Positions 21,194 to 30,306 of a stretch of DNA of 64,000 nucleotides are shown here, piece by piece. The stretch spans positions 8,097,626-8,161,625 of the forward strand of contig OY759599.1 of the NCBI GenBank assembly GCA_963662465.1. Reading direction: 5' to 3'. This stretch comes from Desulfatiglandales bacterium (GTDB lineage: Bacteria > Desulfobacterota > DSM-4660 > Desulfatiglandales > Desulfatiglandaceae). Numbering within the stretch: position 1 is the stretch's first letter; the number at the start of each line of letters is the position of its first letter. The notes beneath the pieces are model-generated. The model had not been told where the DNA came from. It saw nothing but the letters and a program-made list of their open reading frames with translations, and made no database searches. A program made the translations under genes and the position numbers.

Positions 21194-21658
21194 ATGATGA
21201 CAAGTCAGGCACAATTCAAACACCATCCCATCTGTTTGAGGGATGTGCGGGTTATAGAACTATACATCAGAGGAAATATCCATCCTGATGAAATCAACGA
21301 AGAGCAAGCAGCGAGGAACTCATCAATTAACGTTGGTCATTCTGAATACGACACGGCAAACCATCGTATAGTTGTGGGTCTCACTTTAGAACTCAAAGAG
21401 GGTGAGGAAAAGGAAAGTGAATTGCCCTATTTCCTCAAGGTTGAATTAGCAGCCTTGTTCGAAGTTGATGAGTCTAAGTTCGACAAAGAACACATTTATG
21501 ATTGGGCCAGAAGGAACGCGCCATTTATTCTTTTTCCATACCTAAGAGAAGAAGCTTATGCTCTCACAATAAGGGCTGGTTATAAGCCGTTAATTCTTCC
21601 TCTTCTTGAAGTTCCTACATTTCAATCCGAAAGAATGGCTCCAACAACTGGACTGTGA
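21194..21658 (+). CDS. SecB-like chaperone
   Basis: NAPFILFPYLRE...LT.RAGY.PLILP matches the SecB C-terminal signature. Confidence 0.8.
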   Translation: MMTSQAQFKHHPICLRDVRVIELYIRGNIHPDEINEEQAARNSSINVGHSEYDTANHRIVVGLTLELKEGEEKESELPYFLKVELAALFEVDESKFDKEHIYDWARRNAPFILFPYLREEAYALTIRAGYKPLILPLLEVPTFQSERMAPTTGL

Positions 21659-21713
21659 GCAATTCTTTTCGCAAAAGAAATCCTGTAAAATCCTGTTAAT
21701 CCTGTCTAAAAAA

Positions 21714-22112
21714 ATGGAACAGGAAGACCTAACCCACAAAATCATCGGCTGTGCCTACAAAGTATATAACACCCTCGGCTTCGGTTTCCTTGAAAGCATC
21801 TATCACAAAGCCATGCTGATCGAACTTGCCGAAGTCGGGATGGTTGCCGAATCAGAAAAACCCCTGAAAGTCACTTACAGAGACAAAATAATTGGTGAAT
21901 TTTCAATAGACATATTCGTTGAAAATGAAATCATCGTGGAACTCAAATCCGTTGAGCATCTGGTGAAAGCCCATGAGGTCCAGGTCGTCAACTACCTCAC
22001 AGCCTCAAAAAAGGAAATCGGTCTCCTCATCAACTTCGGACCCACCGGAGTCAAAGTTAAAAGAAAATACAGAAAAAGTCTTGCACAGTATTTACAGGCT
22101 CAACCAGATTAA
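21714..22112 (+). CDS. GxxExxY protein (PD-(D/E)XK-like)
   Basis: GFLESIY, DIFVE..IIVELK, Q..NYL and GLLINFG motifs; flanked by 9-mer triplets at 21679 and 22123. Confidence 0.9.
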   Translation: MEQEDLTHKIIGCAYKVYNTLGFGFLESIYHKAMLIELAEVGMVAESEKPLKVTYRDKIIGEFSIDIFVENEIIVELKSVEHLVKAHEVQVVNYLTASKKEIGLLINFGPTGVKVKRKYRKSLAQYLQAQPD

Positions 22113-22323
22113 AACCAAAAAAAATCCTGTAAAATCCTGTTAATCCTGTCAAAAACAAATGCACTTCATAGATTTATCAGCCCAACAACAAAACACTTAG
22201 ACAGGATTTACAGAATCAACAAGATTAAAAACAAAAAAAATCCTGCAAAATCCTGTTAATCCTGTCTAAAATGTTTTTCACAAAATACAACAGAGCCAAG
22301 AAAACCTTTTCCCTTCGTTACCT

Positions 22324-22402
22324 TTACAGTCCCGAGCAATCAGGAATACTCCGTACCGCAGGTCAAGATGTTACTGAAAGAAGTTGAAGTGGGAATAGGG
22401 GG
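22324..22402 (+). pseudogene. HicA-like toxin 3' remnant
   Basis: TVPSNQEYSVPQVKMLLKEVE. Confidence 0.45.
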
Positions 22403-22447
22403 CAAAACCTTTGCGAACACATCGAGGAGGGCCGGATCATACAGTCT

Positions 22448-23674
22448 GTGAACTGGTACTTGCTTCCTTTTCTGGAATGGCTTGCACAACACTGGGATCC
22501 CCTTCTGCATGAACAGAGACTTCCGATTAAGCACAGCGATGCCGGCAATACCGCATGGGCTTCTTTTCAGAGCCACTTCCAGCCCCCCATCGGTTACGAT
22601 CACGATCAGGCCTCAGAATGGGATACGAAGTGGGATGCCTGGATGACTCGGCACAGTCTCCTAATGGCCAGGGCCGGAGGACTTTTTCCAGATCTTTTCA
22701 TTCGGCGGTATCGCGATCAAATAGAACTATCATGGGGAGAGATCTTGCACCCCGGCGCGCCCCGGGGGTTCCGTTTTTGCGCTCCTGCCGGGTTCGTACG
22801 GCTACCGCCTTCCACGGTTTCTCAACCCCTTTTCCAATTGTTGCTGGGATCCGCCCAATTCTTAATGGGGCGATGCGTCGATTCACAGAGGATAAAAACC
22901 CTCACCCAGGCAATTCAGAATATTCCGCGGGCTGATCAAACACCGCGTCTGGCCTGGCTGGCGGGTTTGGACCTGCAAATCGGGAAAGCCATAGGCCGGT
23001 GGAATCGATTTGCGGAGAAAGTCTCCGGTACGCTGGGCGATGCGGGCAAGCGCCTTTTTTCAGAGAGCCAATGTCTAGAAAATATCGTTATAACAGGTTC
23101 TTGCGATGCAGCCATGATGTTCGGTTCTCTTGCGCCGACCATAGAGGAAGAAGATGTGTTGGCGATTGCTCGAAAGATGATCGAAGCTGCGGAGCAGGAA
23201 CAGCATGACGAATTATTGGAGCAAATGACAAGGCCAATTCAGTTGGATGACGATCCATCGCCCCCGTGGGAACAAGGCTATAATCTGGCCATGCCCTTAT
23301 GCGAGGACATGGCCGTCAGCCAAACCGGCAGTTCTGTTGATGTGGCAAACGTGCTAAAGGGATTGGGTATTCATTTTGGGGAGATTGCCTTGACAGACAG
23401 CGAGATCCGGGCAATTAGCCTTGCAGGCCCTCATCATCACCCGACCATCCTGCTTAATATGAATAACCCTACAAATCAGTACGATTCAGGCCGTCGATTC
23501 ACCTTTGCCCATGAACTGTGTCATCTCCTTTATGACCGAACATACGGTATGAAACTGGCGATGGCGTCAGGCCCGTGGGCGCCCAGGGATATCGAAAGAC
23601 GCGCCAATGCCTTTGCGGCCATGTTTATTATGCCCACCCATTTTAACTTTCATGAAATCATTGCAAACTCCTGA
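22448..23674 (+). CDS. ImmA/IrrE-family metallopeptidase-domain protein (ends possibly truncated)
   Basis: RRFTFAHELCHL...E.RANAFAA.F.MP motif near the C-terminus. Confidence 0.75.
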   Translation: MNWYLLPFLEWLAQHWDPLLHEQRLPIKHSDAGNTAWASFQSHFQPPIGYDHDQASEWDTKWDAWMTRHSLLMARAGGLFPDLFIRRYRDQIELSWGEILHPGAPRGFRFCAPAGFVRLPPSTVSQPLFQLLLGSAQFLMGRCVDSQRIKTLTQAIQNIPRADQTPRLAWLAGLDLQIGKAIGRWNRFAEKVSGTLGDAGKRLFSESQCLENIVITGSCDAAMMFGSLAPTIEEEDVLAIARKMIEAAEQEQHDELLEQMTRPIQLDDDPSPPWEQGYNLAMPLCEDMAVSQTGSSVDVANVLKGLGIHFGEIALTDSEIRAISLAGPHHHPTILLNMNNPTNQYDSGRRFTFAHELCHLLYDRTYGMKLAMASGPWAPRDIERRANAFAAMFIMPTHFNFHEIIANS

Positions 23675-23755
23675 GTTCTCAGACTTAATCCATGATCGAG
23701 AAGGGAATAAGCAGCTTCAATTTTAGACGGTTGCTCGGCGTTGAGGGAAGGGTGG

Positions 23756-24035
23756 TTTTGGGTTTTGGGTTTTGGGTTTTGAGTTTTGGGTTTTAGGTTT
23801 TGGGTTTTGGGTTTTGAGTTTTGGGTTTTGGGTTTTGAGTTTTGGGTTTTGGGTTTTTCAGTCAATGAACTTCTTGTTTTTTGTGACAGAAAACCTGGAA
23901 ATAAGGTACTAGGCTTTTTCCGAGACTACGCTCGGAAAAAGTGGCTTCTTGGAAGCCCTCAAGGATACAACTAGCTGTATTTTTTTCCTTAACTCAAAAC
24001 CCAAAACCCAAAACCCAAAACCCAACACCCAACAC
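23756..24035. repeat. Inverted heptamer arms (TTTTG(G/A)G run ... AAAACCC run) around a loop of about 130 bp
   Basis: Left arm 23756-23857, right arm 23990-24035; the loop start resembles 56303-56346. Confidence 0.85.
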
Positions 24036-24115
24036 CATCTTTGCTCTCTTCCTTACCTTCTGTAAAAAGCCCTAAAAAAAATCCTGTAAAATCCTGTAAA
24101 TCCTGTCTAAAAAAA

Positions 24116-24411
24116 GGTCCCGGTTTTTCAGGAACCAGGACAAACTGAAGGAAACCGCCGTTCAGGATGACCTGAATAAGACCCTGTCCGGAGCCGATGC
24201 CATTATTTTGGCGGTGCAACACCGGGCCTATCTTGAACTGGACCCGGCTTCTGTGGTTGAAATGACCGGCAACCCTGCCGCCATTGTGGACTGTTTCGGC
24301 ATTCTGAACGATGCGGCCATCAAGCGCTACTTTGAACTGGGCTGTGAGGTCAAAGGTCTCGGCCGGGGACATGTGAAACGAATCAAGGATGCGGTCAGAG
24401 ATTCTGCGTAG
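24116..24411 (+). pseudogene. Divergent 3' fragment of the dehydrogenase
   Basis: Same start junction as 18143, but a different allele (ELDPASVVEMTGNPAAIVDCFGILND). Confidence 0.85.
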
Positions 24412-24571
24412 GAAAGCATAACAAAAATAAATCCTAAAAATCCTGTTAATCCTGTCTGAAAAAGAGTTATGGAATTATGGAACAACGCCCCCCATTCCTA
24501 CGGGGTGCCAAAAAAACGAAAGGTTCACGAGTAAAGAACCAAGCACTTAGAAAGATGGAGGACTGTGTGTA

Positions 24572-24778
24572 ATGGCAAAATTAACACTAGAATATTGGGA
24601 AGACGATGGATGGCTTGTCGGCCGCCTGATAGAGGTCCCCGGCATTTTTAGTCAAGGCGAAACAATGGAAGACCTTAAGGAAAACATCCAGGATGCTTAT
24701 AAGTTAATGTTGGAAAGTGAACCTATGGAATCTTTCCCTAAACCACGTAATCGGATTCCCTTTGAGGTAAGGGTTTGA
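24572..24778 (+). CDS. hicB: HicB-family antitoxin
   Basis: WLVG...EVPGIFSQGET.E.L.ENI.DA motif. Confidence 0.85.
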   Translation: MAKLTLEYWEDDGWLVGRLIEVPGIFSQGETMEDLKENIQDAYKLMLESEPMESFPKPRNRIPFEVRV

Positions 24779-24960
24779 AGCGAAGAGAATTCATCCGTAA
24801 ATTGTCAAATGAAGGATGTTCTTTATATCGTCGAGGCTCCAGGCATGACATCTATTTGAATTCCCAAACCGGTAAAAAAGCACCAGTTCCAAGGCATCAA
24901 GAAATCAAGAATTCTTTATGCGCACTTATCAGGAACCAACTTGGACTCTTGAAAGAATAA
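24775..24960 (+). CDS. hicA: HicA-family toxin
   Basis: G.RHDIY.N....APVPRH.EI motif. Confidence 0.88.
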   Translation: MKRREFIRKLSNEGCSLYRRGSRHDIYLNSQTGKKAPVPRHQEIKNSLCALIRNQLGLLKE

Positions 24961-25063
24961 TACATGCCATCATCTATCACCCCTAACCTAACCTTATTGG
25001 AGGTAAGTCAAGCAGAGACCTTTATATTAGCAAGGATGTCCCACATTGCGAACTTTCAAGCGC

Positions 25064-25268
25064 CCTCAAGGCCAAAGACATCCCCTCTGTCGCCTATTAT
25101 GCGGTACCGCTTCATCTGCAAGGCGCCTTTGCCGATCTGGGTTATAAACCCGGCGACTTTCCCGTGGCTGAGCATGTTGCGGCCAAGTGCCTTAGCCTGC
25201 CGATGCATCCGTATCTCAGCGGTGAAGACCAAAAGCGAATCGCGGTCAGTATTGGAGATGGGCGATAG
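25064..25268 (+). pseudogene. Divergent 3' fragment of the DegT gene
   Basis: LKAKDIPSVAYYAVPLHLQG...IAVSIGDGR*. Confidence 0.8.
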
Positions 25269-25414
25269 GTACAGATAGATGTAAGAGTTGGCAACTCAAA
25301 ACCCAAAACCCAAAACCCAACACCATCTTTGCTCTCTTCCTTACCTTCTGTAAAAAGCCCTTAAAAAAAATCCTGTAAAATCCTGTAAATCCTGTCTAAA
25401 AAACCGGAGAACCC

Positions 25415-26329
25415 TTGATGCAACAAAAACAACCCAATGCAACCATTAACAACGCCTCCTCTCCTCTCGGCGTGTCCACCTCCCCCAGCGGAGAGGAATT
25501 CCCTTTACCACGGCCCGAGGACTATAACCAGGAATTCAAGAGACTCAAGAAACTGGTGAATGAACAACGGCTCAAGGGCCGGGAAATAGTTGTTGTCATG
25601 GGTGTCGGGTTTGTAGGCGCTGTTATGGCGGGTGTGGTTGCCGACTCAGTGAATCGGGAAACGGGGGAATCCAGGTATTTCGTCATCGGCATGCAGCGGC
25701 CTTCTCCCCGATCTTTCTGGAAAATCCCGTACCTCAACCGGGGCATTGCCCCCGTGGAAGCCGAGGACCCGGATGTGGCGCCCTTGATTCAACGGTGTGT
25801 ACAGGACAAGCAGACCCTCACAGCCACCTTTACCTACGACGCCCTGTCACTTGCGGATGTGGTGGTAGTGGATGTTCAGTGCGATTACCACAAGGAGAGC
25901 CTGGGGAATGTTCGTCAGGGACATGCCGACATCGAGGCGCTGGAAGAGAGTCTCAAGATTATCGGAGAGAAGATTGAACCGCACTGTCTGGTCTTGATCG
26001 AAACGACCGTTCCTCCCGGCACCACGGAGTATGTGGCATACCCCATCATAAAAAGGGCCTTTGAAGCGCGCGGGCTTTTTCAGATATCAGATGTCGGAGA
26101 TCAGCGATCAGAGCAGGTAAATCCCGAATCAGAGCCCAAATCTCAGTCCTCCTTGCCCCGTGAAATTCACGTCAGTGACGAACACAGCGAATTTCACCGG
26201 GGTGACCTCCGTCCTCCGACGTCTGACCTCTGTCCTCACCCGTGCCTTGCATGTGGCCCAGTTGGTGCGCGATGCGCTGCGGAATATGGGACGGATAGTG
26301 GCTGCTTCCAAAATTATTCCAGCGCTTGA
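25415..26329 (+). pseudogene. 5' duplicate of the dehydrogenase, broken at the repeat linker
   Basis: Near-identical to 12690-13355; different linker (heptamers plus hairpin), then an out-of-frame jump to the equivalent of about 13900. Confidence 0.85.
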
Positions 26330-26479
26330 ATCGGAGAAGCCGGCGAAAGATAGATGTAAGAGTTGGCAACCCAAAACTCAAAACTCAAAACCCAACACCA
26401 TCTTTGCTCTCTTCCTTACCTTCTGTAAAAAGCCCTTAAAAAAAATCCTGTAAAATCCTGTTAATCCTGTCAAAAAAAA

Positions 26480-26628
26480 GGTCCCGGTTTTTCAGGAACC
26501 AGGACAAACTGAAGGAAACCGCCGTTCAGGATGACCTGAATAAGACCCTGTCCGGAGCTGATGCCGTTATTTTGGCGGTGAGGCATCGGGCCTATCTTGA
26601 TCTGGACCCGGATGGGGTGGTGGAAATG
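26480..26628 (+). pseudogene. Internal dehydrogenase fragment
   Basis: Third use of the 9-mer/A-run/GGTCCCGG junction. Confidence 0.8.
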
Positions 26629-26681
26629 CCCACCTATTTTTGAAGATGATTTTGGCGAAACGCTGTGTTAGCCGAAGATTC

Positions 26682-27833
26682 ATGATGACGGATGCAGATG
26701 AAAGGATAAAACCGCTTTTGGAAAACCCCACATATGTCACCAGGCCCGCCCTCCCACCGCTGGCCGAATTTATGGGCTATCTGGAGAAAATCTGGGACAA
26801 CAAGATCCTGACCAACAACGGTCCCTTCCATCAGCAGCTTGAAAAGGAACTGGCCCAGTATCTGGGCGTGCAATACCTTTCCCTGTTTTCAAACGGCACT
26901 CTGGCTCTGATGACGGCCCTGCAGGTCCTGCGCATTACGGGCGAAGTCATCACCACCCCCTTCAGTTTTGTGGCGACCACCCATGCCCTTTGGTGGAACA
27001 ACATCAAGCCCGTGTTTGTGGATATCGAACCCGACACCTTCAACCTGGACCCAAGCAAGGTTGAATCGGCTATTACGCCAAAGACCACGGCCCTGTTGCC
27101 GGTACATGTGTACGGCAACCCGTGCGACGTGGATACGCTTGGGGTGATATGCGATATTTATGGGCTTAGGCTTATTTACGATGCGGCCCATACCTTCGGG
27201 GTCAAGATCAATGGCACATCGGTTGCCGATTTCGGGGATCTCTCCGTTCTCAGTTTCCATGCCACCAAGGTTTTCAACACCTTTGAGGGCGGGGCTATTA
27301 TCTGCCATGACCAGGCTACCAAAAAAAGGATCGATTATCTCAAGAATTTCGGCTTTGCCGGAGAGACCATCGTTGTCGCTCCGGGCATCAATGGTAAGAT
27401 GAACGAGCTACAGGCGGCCTTTGGCCTTTTGCAGCTTAAATACATTGACGAGAATATCGACAAACGGAAGGCGGTTGCCGAAAGATACCGGGAAGGGCTG
27501 AGGCACATCAAGGGGATTCGATTTATTGAGGACATCCCCGGGGTTCATCACAACTATGCCTATTTTCCGATCTTTATCCATGAAGACTACAGCAGTCCCC
27601 GGGACGCCCTGTACGAAGAACTTAAAAGCCACAATATTTATGGTCGTCGCTATTTTTACCCCCTAATCAGCAGCTTCCCCGCCTATCGGGGACTGGAATC
27701 TGCCGACCCCGCCAATCTCCCAGTGGCAACCCGTATTGCGGAGCAGGTGTTGTGCCTCCCCATGTTCCCGGATCTGGAGCCGGAGGTTCAGGACAGAGTG
27801 ATTGAGATTTGCGCAACCTTTTCTGTCTCCTGA
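26682..27833 (+). CDS. DegT-family aminotransferase, VioA-like (NDP-4-amino-4,6-dideoxyhexose)
   Basis: YVTRP.LPPL.EF, LTNNGP, YDAAH and SFHATKVFNTFEGG motifs. Confidence 0.85.
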   Translation: MMTDADERIKPLLENPTYVTRPALPPLAEFMGYLEKIWDNKILTNNGPFHQQLEKELAQYLGVQYLSLFSNGTLALMTALQVLRITGEVITTPFSFVATTHALWWNNIKPVFVDIEPDTFNLDPSKVESAITPKTTALLPVHVYGNPCDVDTLGVICDIYGLRLIYDAAHTFGVKINGTSVADFGDLSVLSFHATKVFNTFEGGAIICHDQATKKRIDYLKNFGFAGETIVVAPGINGKMNELQAAFGLLQLKYIDENIDKRKAVAERYREGLRHIKGIRFIEDIPGVHHNYAYFPIFIHEDYSSPRDALYEELKSHNIYGRRYFYPLISSFPAYRGLESADPANLPVATRIAEQVLCLPMFPDLEPEVQDRVIEICATFSVS

Positions 27834-27884
27834 CGCGCAACCAGCATCCGATTCACAGCGACATTGAATTCGCTGAATTTGTTT

Positions 27885-28086
27885 CAATTGCCAATAATGC
27901 GACGGTCGGGGGTAACGTACATGTCCAAAAGGGCGTCCATATAGGACCAATGCAAGTATAAGGGAAGATATCGAGATTGGCGAATTTAGCGTTATCGGGA
28001 TGGGGTCGGTGGTATTGAAAAACGTGCCGCCAAGGTGTGTTGTCGCAGGAAATCCCGCCAAGATAATCCGAACATTAGTTAGTTGA
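27885..28086 (+). pseudogene. Frameshifted 3' remnant of a hexapeptide acetyltransferase
   Basis: ATVGGNVHVQKGVHIG / TNASIREDIEIGEFSVIGMGSVVLKNVP...AGNPAKII*. Confidence 0.75.
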
Positions 28087-28178
28087 AGTAGCACGTCAAC
28101 GGTCATGATCTGGATATACAAAATGTGAACAATATTGCCACGATAATTATTCAATTAATATGAGAACAGGTTAATTTT

Positions 28179-29321
28179 ATGAAACATCATCAGTATAATC
28201 CGGAATTCGTTTTTTTCAAAGATCCTGTAGAATTCAACAAGTTTACAGAAAAAAGCTTGTTACAGTACTGTCTTGGGGCAACGCTATATATGCCCGGCAC
28301 CCAACAAATTGTTAATAGGATCTTAGATAAAGACCTGCCGGACCTAACATCGATGGTCATGTGCTTCGAAGATTCCGTTCATGAAAAAGATCTTCCTAAA
28401 GCAGAGGATAATGTATTAAAACATCTGGAAATAATCTCAACCTCAATAGATTCTGGAAAAATCACCCATGACGACGTTCCGTTAACTTTTTTGAGAGTTC
28501 GAAATCCTGAACAGTTTAAAAGCTTTGCTGCAAGACTGACCCATATGCAGGCGGAAGTCCTGTCCGGTTTTGTTTTCCCTAAGTTTTATAGCAGCAATGG
28601 GCATGAGTACTTCAGGTTTCTTGAATCACTGAATAGAAAATTAGATGTCAAATTGTATGGAATGCCTATCCTTGAAGGCAGAAACATTGCTTTAATAGAA
28701 ACGAGAACCGATGAATTACGCCAGATCAGAAATCTGTTGAGTCCATACAGGGAAATTGTACTGAACATCAGGGTTGGTGGGACTGACCTTTCCTCAATAT
28801 TCGGAGTCAGAAGAGGCATAAACTATTCTATTTACGATATACTGACAGTCAGAGATTGTCTTTCCGATATTTTGAATTTCTTTAGCAGAGATGAAGAAGA
28901 CTATGTCATTTCGGCACCTGTGTGGGAATACTTTTTGCTATATAACAAGGATGATCTCAAAATTTTGCTCGAAGAAAACATACATCGCTCGTTATTGCGA
29001 AGAAATCTCATTTTAAATGAAGCGATTGATGGACTCTTGCGAGAGGTCATTCTGGATAAGGCAAATGGTTTTGTCGGAAAGACAGTCATTCATCCATCAC
29101 ACTTGAAGTTTGTAAATGCCATGCAGGCCGTCACGAAGGAGGAATATGAAGATGCGCTTCAAATTCTTGGTACTTCGGGCGGGGTGATAAAAAGCACTAA
29201 TTCAAACAAAATGAATGAAATAAACCCGCATAGAAGTTGGGCAAAAAAAATTGTCAACAGGTCCGAGGCATTTGGTGTCGTTGAAAACCAAAATTCGTAT
29301 TTGGAATTATTTTTGGCATAG
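28179..29321 (+). CDS. HpcH/HpaI aldolase/citrate-lyase-family TIM-barrel protein
   Basis: LGATLYMPG, CFEDS, RVGGTD and NGFVGKTVIHPSH motifs. Confidence 0.8.
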   Translation: MKHHQYNPEFVFFKDPVEFNKFTEKSLLQYCLGATLYMPGTQQIVNRILDKDLPDLTSMVMCFEDSVHEKDLPKAEDNVLKHLEIISTSIDSGKITHDDVPLTFLRVRNPEQFKSFAARLTHMQAEVLSGFVFPKFYSSNGHEYFRFLESLNRKLDVKLYGMPILEGRNIALIETRTDELRQIRNLLSPYREIVLNIRVGGTDLSSIFGVRRGINYSIYDILTVRDCLSDILNFFSRDEEDYVISAPVWEYFLLYNKDDLKILLEENIHRSLLRRNLILNEAIDGLLREVILDKANGFVGKTVIHPSHLKFVNAMQAVTKEEYEDALQILGTSGGVIKSTNSNKMNEINPHRSWAKKIVNRSEAFGVVENQNSYLELFLA

Positions 29322-29348
29322 CTGGTTTACGGGAATACTACTTTTAAT

Positions 29349-30302
29349 GTGTTGACCCGAGAAGAAGTGCAGTTGTTTTGGAATAAACGAAAAATAGGGA
29401 ATACCAAAATGAAAGAGACCAGATTGTTTTTACATAAAATAGGGATGCCGTCCGGTGATGCATACGATCTGCCGACATCCAAGAAAAGATTTTCAGACGG
29501 TGCGCAATACCGGTTTGAAGTTCCGGGGATTCAAGGCCCCGGGGCCATGAATGCGCTGCTGGAAGAGGTCGCTGCGAACGGGATGGCGATTCATCGGGTG
29601 ACCCAGACGAAAGGCATTATGCTTTTGTCGGATGATGACATTCAACAAATGGTCGCTTTAGCACAGAAGTGGCAAGTTGAGTTGGTTTTGGCGATCGGTC
29701 CCCGGGCCACCTATGATACCAGCGCTTCCGTTCACACGCCGGAAGGCCAAAGAATGGGATACCGGCTCCGCGGCCAGGAACAAATTGTCCGCGCGATTGA
29801 AGATGTGAAGCGGGCCGTTGCTTTCGGCTGCCGGGCGTTTTTGATTTATGATGAAGGCTGCTTGTGGGTGCTGAACGAGGCACGCAACCACGGCGAGATT
29901 CCTGCGGATTGCAAATTTAAAGTTTCCGCACATTGTGGGCATGGTAATCCGTGCTCAGTCAAACTCCTGGAAAGCATTGGCGCCAATTCAGTCAATCCGA
30001 TCCGGGATATTCAGCTCCAAATGCTGGCCGCGCTTCGTCAGGCCATCGACATCCCGCTTGATGTCCATACCGAAAACCCGGCATCCTCAGGCGGATTTAT
30101 CCGGCATTATGAAGTGCCTGAAATGATACGTGTAGCCGCGCCTATTTATCTGAAAACCGGTGGTTCGGTTGCCAAGACGCACAGTTGGGAATCCTCCGAC
30201 GCCGATGCAAAAAAGCGGGCAAAGCAGGTGATGCTGGTGAAGCGGGTTATCGAGAGTTATTACCCGGATGCCGTAAGCTCAGTTAAGGGGTTCATAAAAT
30301 AA
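29349..30302 (+). CDS. U32-peptidase-like TIM-barrel hypothetical protein (start probably 29409)
   Basis: Conserved-looking DEGCL, KVSAH and PLDVHTE segments; family call tentative. Confidence 0.5.
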   Translation: MLTREEVQLFWNKRKIGNTKMKETRLFLHKIGMPSGDAYDLPTSKKRFSDGAQYRFEVPGIQGPGAMNALLEEVAANGMAIHRVTQTKGIMLLSDDDIQQMVALAQKWQVELVLAIGPRATYDTSASVHTPEGQRMGYRLRGQEQIVRAIEDVKRAVAFGCRAFLIYDEGCLWVLNEARNHGEIPADCKFKVSAHCGHGNPCSVKLLESIGANSVNPIRDIQLQMLAALRQAIDIPLDVHTENPASSGGFIRHYEVPEMIRVAAPIYLKTGGSVAKTHSWESSDADAKKRAKQVMLVKRVIESYYPDAVSSVKGFIK

Positions 30303-30306
30303 AGAG

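Noticed and set aside
9313..26628. Classical integron or shufflon
   Set aside because: No tyrosine or serine recombinase in the window and no consistent RYYYAAC...GTTRRRY attC sites; fragments are in direct orientation.
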